64,000 bases of DNA. Source: Chara braunii (taxonomy: Eukaryota; Plantae; Charophyceae). Shown one piece after another: positions 60,446 to 64,000 of the stretch. The stretch covers positions 4,356,326 to 4,420,325 of the forward strand of contig BFEA01000012.1 in assembly GCA_003427395.1 (NCBI GenBank), given 5' to 3'. Both the position numbers and the translations under genes were made by a program. The notes under the pieces were generated by a model, which searched no databases, was not told the origin of the DNA, and saw nothing but the letters and a program-made list of their open reading frames with translations. Within the stretch, counting starts at the first letter, position 1. Every line of letters starts with the position of its first letter.

Positions 60446-63400
60446 TTCTTATATCATATGTAAGCAAGGGTATTGGGGTTTATCAAACCGAGAGATAATG
60501 AGTTATTTTATAAAAAGAATAACTTAGGGTTTTGGTGAGAGTACTTACTCATTGTTGTATGAACTTGCATATGGTTGAGTGTGAGCTCTACTTGTTCTGA
60601 ACCTTAACTTTGATAGGTAGTTGTTTTAGATGTTCGCCTCGTGCTGGAGCTATAGGAGTTAGTTCAATTTCTGCATTTTATGAGTTAAGTTTATTTCTCA
60701 CACTTAGTTTAATTTTTTGCATTTTTGAGTTAAGTTTATTTCTCATACTTGACTTTGTATAAATCTTGGAAAAACACTTTCGCTAAGAGAAGTGTTGCCC
60801 AAATTTCTACAAATTCAATGAGTTAGTCAAATTTTATCCTTACAAAGGTTAACTTTTTTTATGAATTCATATACGATTTAATATAAATTTGGGAAACCTA
60901 CTTCTCTAACAGAGATGCTGCCCAAATTTTTGTTTAATCAAAAAGTTAGACAAAATATGGCTTATAAAGTCTTAGGATCGCGTTCAAATTTTGTATTCAG
61001 TCTTGTATAAATTTTGCAAAGGTACTTTTCCTACAGGAAGTGCTGCCAATTTTTTTTGAAATCTAAAGGAGTTATGATGTTTTAGAAACCTTGAAAGTTT
61101 GTCAGTCTGCCATCGCGTAGGAGAGATACTGTCGAAATTCTTGACATTTTCATAAAGGTATCAGAGTGAGGTAGGAAGGTAGGAGTATTTCATACTCAAT
61201 CAAGCATAGCTTTGAAACTGATCTGTGTTGTGTTGCATGTCATTTTTACTCAGATTATCATATCTATTGGATGAAAAAAAACGATGACAAACCTAAAAAA
61301 CGGTTTCAAAATAGTGAATTTAAATATAGCGCGTGCCTCGACCTGGGGAGAATGCATGGCACAAGTGTCAACCAAGGGGTGTGTGTGTGTTGCGTGTGCG
61401 TTGAAGAACCAGATCAAACTTTCGGTTTCATGGTTGGCACTTGTGCCAATGATATGGGCCTACCTTAATAATTGGAAATTGAGGTAAGCGAGTTTGTTTT
61501 TTTTTTTTTTTTTTTTTAGAGTGCTGTGTTTTGTTGAGGGAGTGCAAAGACCCTATGGCGTATTGTACTTGAGGACTTGAGAGGATAATCAGAGATGGTG
61601 TGGTTCTAACCCGCACTTAAGTTTCATGACAAGGGTTACATCTCTATGAAGGAACGCACTCGTCAGTGGGCGTTGGGCGAAGCAACGTTGCATTTTCTCG
61701 CTCGATAATCGCCTCCCTTAGGTGTGTCTGCAATTTCCTCTTCCGCCTCCTAAGGGCGTGCTTCGCTTAATAAGCGGTAACTGGTCGAAAACCTGTTTTG
61801 TGGTAGATGTCCTCCCTCCACTCATCCCAGAATGGCTTTTGGTGCGCTTACTCCTCCAAAGGCGCGTTGCTAACAAGGAACAATTCTACGGGTGGAGGGA
61901 GATAGTCATCAAGAGACAAGGAATAAGTGGGTTATTGATGGTAGATAAAGAGATTGATAACACACACACACACATACAGACGAGGGACTATTTGGGCTTG
62001 TGCCGAAGACTTGGTGTTGACGACATTCCCATCTTCCCCCTCCTCTTCGTCTATCCCCTTCCTCCTCGTCTGTGCATGTTCTGGGCTGGCGCTGTCTTCC
62101 TGTGTGAAGCGCCAGACCCATTCATACTATGAAACGATGATGATGATGTATGTTTAGGGCTGCATTACAACATTGATTGTTCGGATCACTGGTATCTAAG
62201 TCTTCCGCTGTGTTATCTTGTACTTTGTATTGAAAGGTCGGTTCTTGTTCTGGTCTGCACGTTACAGTATGGAACACCATTGAGGGAGCACGTGTGAGGA
62301 GTGGCGAAAAGCTACAGACAAGTCAAAAGCATATCGAGACTGTAAATAGGGCCCAATGTAAGAAAACAGTGCAAAAAACGAAACGCCTTTCCAAAAAATC
62401 AGACTGCGCTCGACACGTCAAGGAGTTCTGCATGGAGTGGCTTGGGAGGGAACAGTGTGGAGGGATAGTGGGGGTCCAATTGGAAGTCTGGCAATTGGCA
62501 GATTAGCAACGGCAGGACGCCTGCCAGAAGAACTATCGGCAATGCTTCAAAGATTGGACCACTATTTGAAATGGCATCTTGTTACCCCCTCCGTCGGATT
62601 TGTCGGACTTGTTCCCTCTCCCGAATAACACCCTGGTTGGGCTGGACTGGTTGGGCTGGGCTGGTTGGGCAGGGAGCAGGAGGTGCTCACCCAGCGGAGC
62701 CAGGTAGGGGCAGGGTGAGGTCGGTAAGTGGGGAGAACGGGTTTAGGCGCCAGCCTCTGGTCCCCCCGTGGAGGCCTGGGCCTACCAGCATTCCGGCCAC
62801 CGCCACCTCACTCAACCCCTGCCCGCGTTGTGGCATTAGCCCGCGTCTTAGCACAGGCTGAGCAGACCTTCAGACACAGGAGACAGCTTCTTTAGCAGCT
62901 TCGGTAGGCAAACACAAAATGGACATGTTCATAATTCTGTAATTACTAATTTTACTATTTTTCTGTTAAACCACCAATACTTCCTGAAGTTGTGCCCGTT
63001 AACAAGCCACACAAGTTTAGGAAATGTACGGGCCACTTTAGAAGCGCCCAAATTCATCCAACTAGAAATGTGCCTACTCTATTTTTTTCCCACTGCTGAT
63101 AGCTGGGCCAAGTACAGGTGGTTTAAAGGGACACTGGACCCGTTTTCAGTAGGTGCAGCTCCCCACCAATAGACTGGAGCCATCTGAGGGGAGTACCACA
63201 GGGGGCTGCTCTTATCAGCTCCTGTGGCACCAAGGATTTAAGCATGCAGGTCCCACACAGCAGATATATTGGCCGTGGTGCCGTGGTCCTTTTTCCATCG
63301 CCGATCGTTTCATCATGCGGCTGAGATTTGCCCTCAAACACTACCTTTGGTTGACACCTGGTGCTGGGAATGGTGTTGGGAAGCTGTAGATGAAAAAAGC

Positions 63401-63719
63401 CTGCAGATGGATAGTGAGCCGTGTGATAACGTGTGTGTCTGAATCCCAAATGTCAAGTCTGGATCCAATGTCGTCAAGTCTCAAGTCACAACTCTGTCTC
63501 TCTCTGTCATAGTCTGAGAAGTCAGGTGGCGAGAGGGTGAGAAGAGAAGGTGGACTTAGAAGAGGAAGAAGAAAAACTCTCTCTCTCTCTCTGTGTCCAG
63601 TACTAACCTGTGAAGTTGGCGCCTTGATGCAGGTACCACGAAGATGGAGCTGGAGCGATGGCGCCACAGGTAAGTAACACTGGCCTCCGCCAGCCTCTCT
63701 CCCACTCTACGATCTACTA

Positions 63720-63865
63720 CCTACCAGCGCCCAACGCTGAAGACTACAACTACAGCTATGGCGCCCAGCGCCGAAGACTACAGTTAGCGCTACCACTACT
63801 GCCTAGCGCTGAAGACTACTGCAGCGCTCCTCCTGAGTGCTGCGCCGAATCCTGAAGACTACTCG
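63720..63865 (+). repeat. Short degenerate repeats C(C/T)GAAGACTAC x4, possibly an LTR U3 region running off the window
   Basis: The motif is seen four times. The LTR assignment is inference only. Confidence 0.4.
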
Positions 63866-64000
63866 TGCCTACTGAACACTACCTACCCGTGAAGTGCATG
63901 GGACCCTCCTATGTACTACGGGTGTGCCTCTTGAGCCTGCCGAAGGGAGGCAGGGGCTGCAGCTGCAGCTCCTGCTCGAGCATGTGAGGAACAGGCTATT

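Overview
Eukaryotic, repeat-rich nuclear DNA of a green plant. The QWRF gene, plant-type U6 and cytosolic-type rRNA fragments point to a streptophyte, but the species cannot be determined from this window. There are two assembly gaps (1827-1881, 36367-36651). One protein gene can be reconstructed completely by eye: a minus-strand QWRF-family (AUGMIN8/SCO3/EDE1-like) gene with 6 coding exons (19660-2658, 945 aa, one GC-AG intron). Its introns hold a chromovirus-type Ty3/gypsy remnant with a 3' LTR and a U6 retrocopy. A probable internal exon of a second, unidentified minus-strand gene lies at 37335-37823. The rest is mostly mobile and repetitive DNA: hAT-type MITEs with 8-bp TSDs, Tc1/mariner(pogo)-like ends, two tRNA-like SINE heads, a decayed L1 RT, several satellites and a 5.7-kb foldback made of ~95-bp units. 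The most unusual parts are (i) three U6 snRNA-derived copies, two with retrotransposition hallmarks; (ii) a 51-61 kb block carrying two copies of the same LSU rRNA segment, the 18S 5' end, a diverged U6 and three copies of an unidentified ~125-nt highly structured element; and (iii) an array of 11 palindromic cores with variable spacers at 59.6-60.4 kb. Most long ORFs in the supplied track are low-complexity or microsatellite artefacts.
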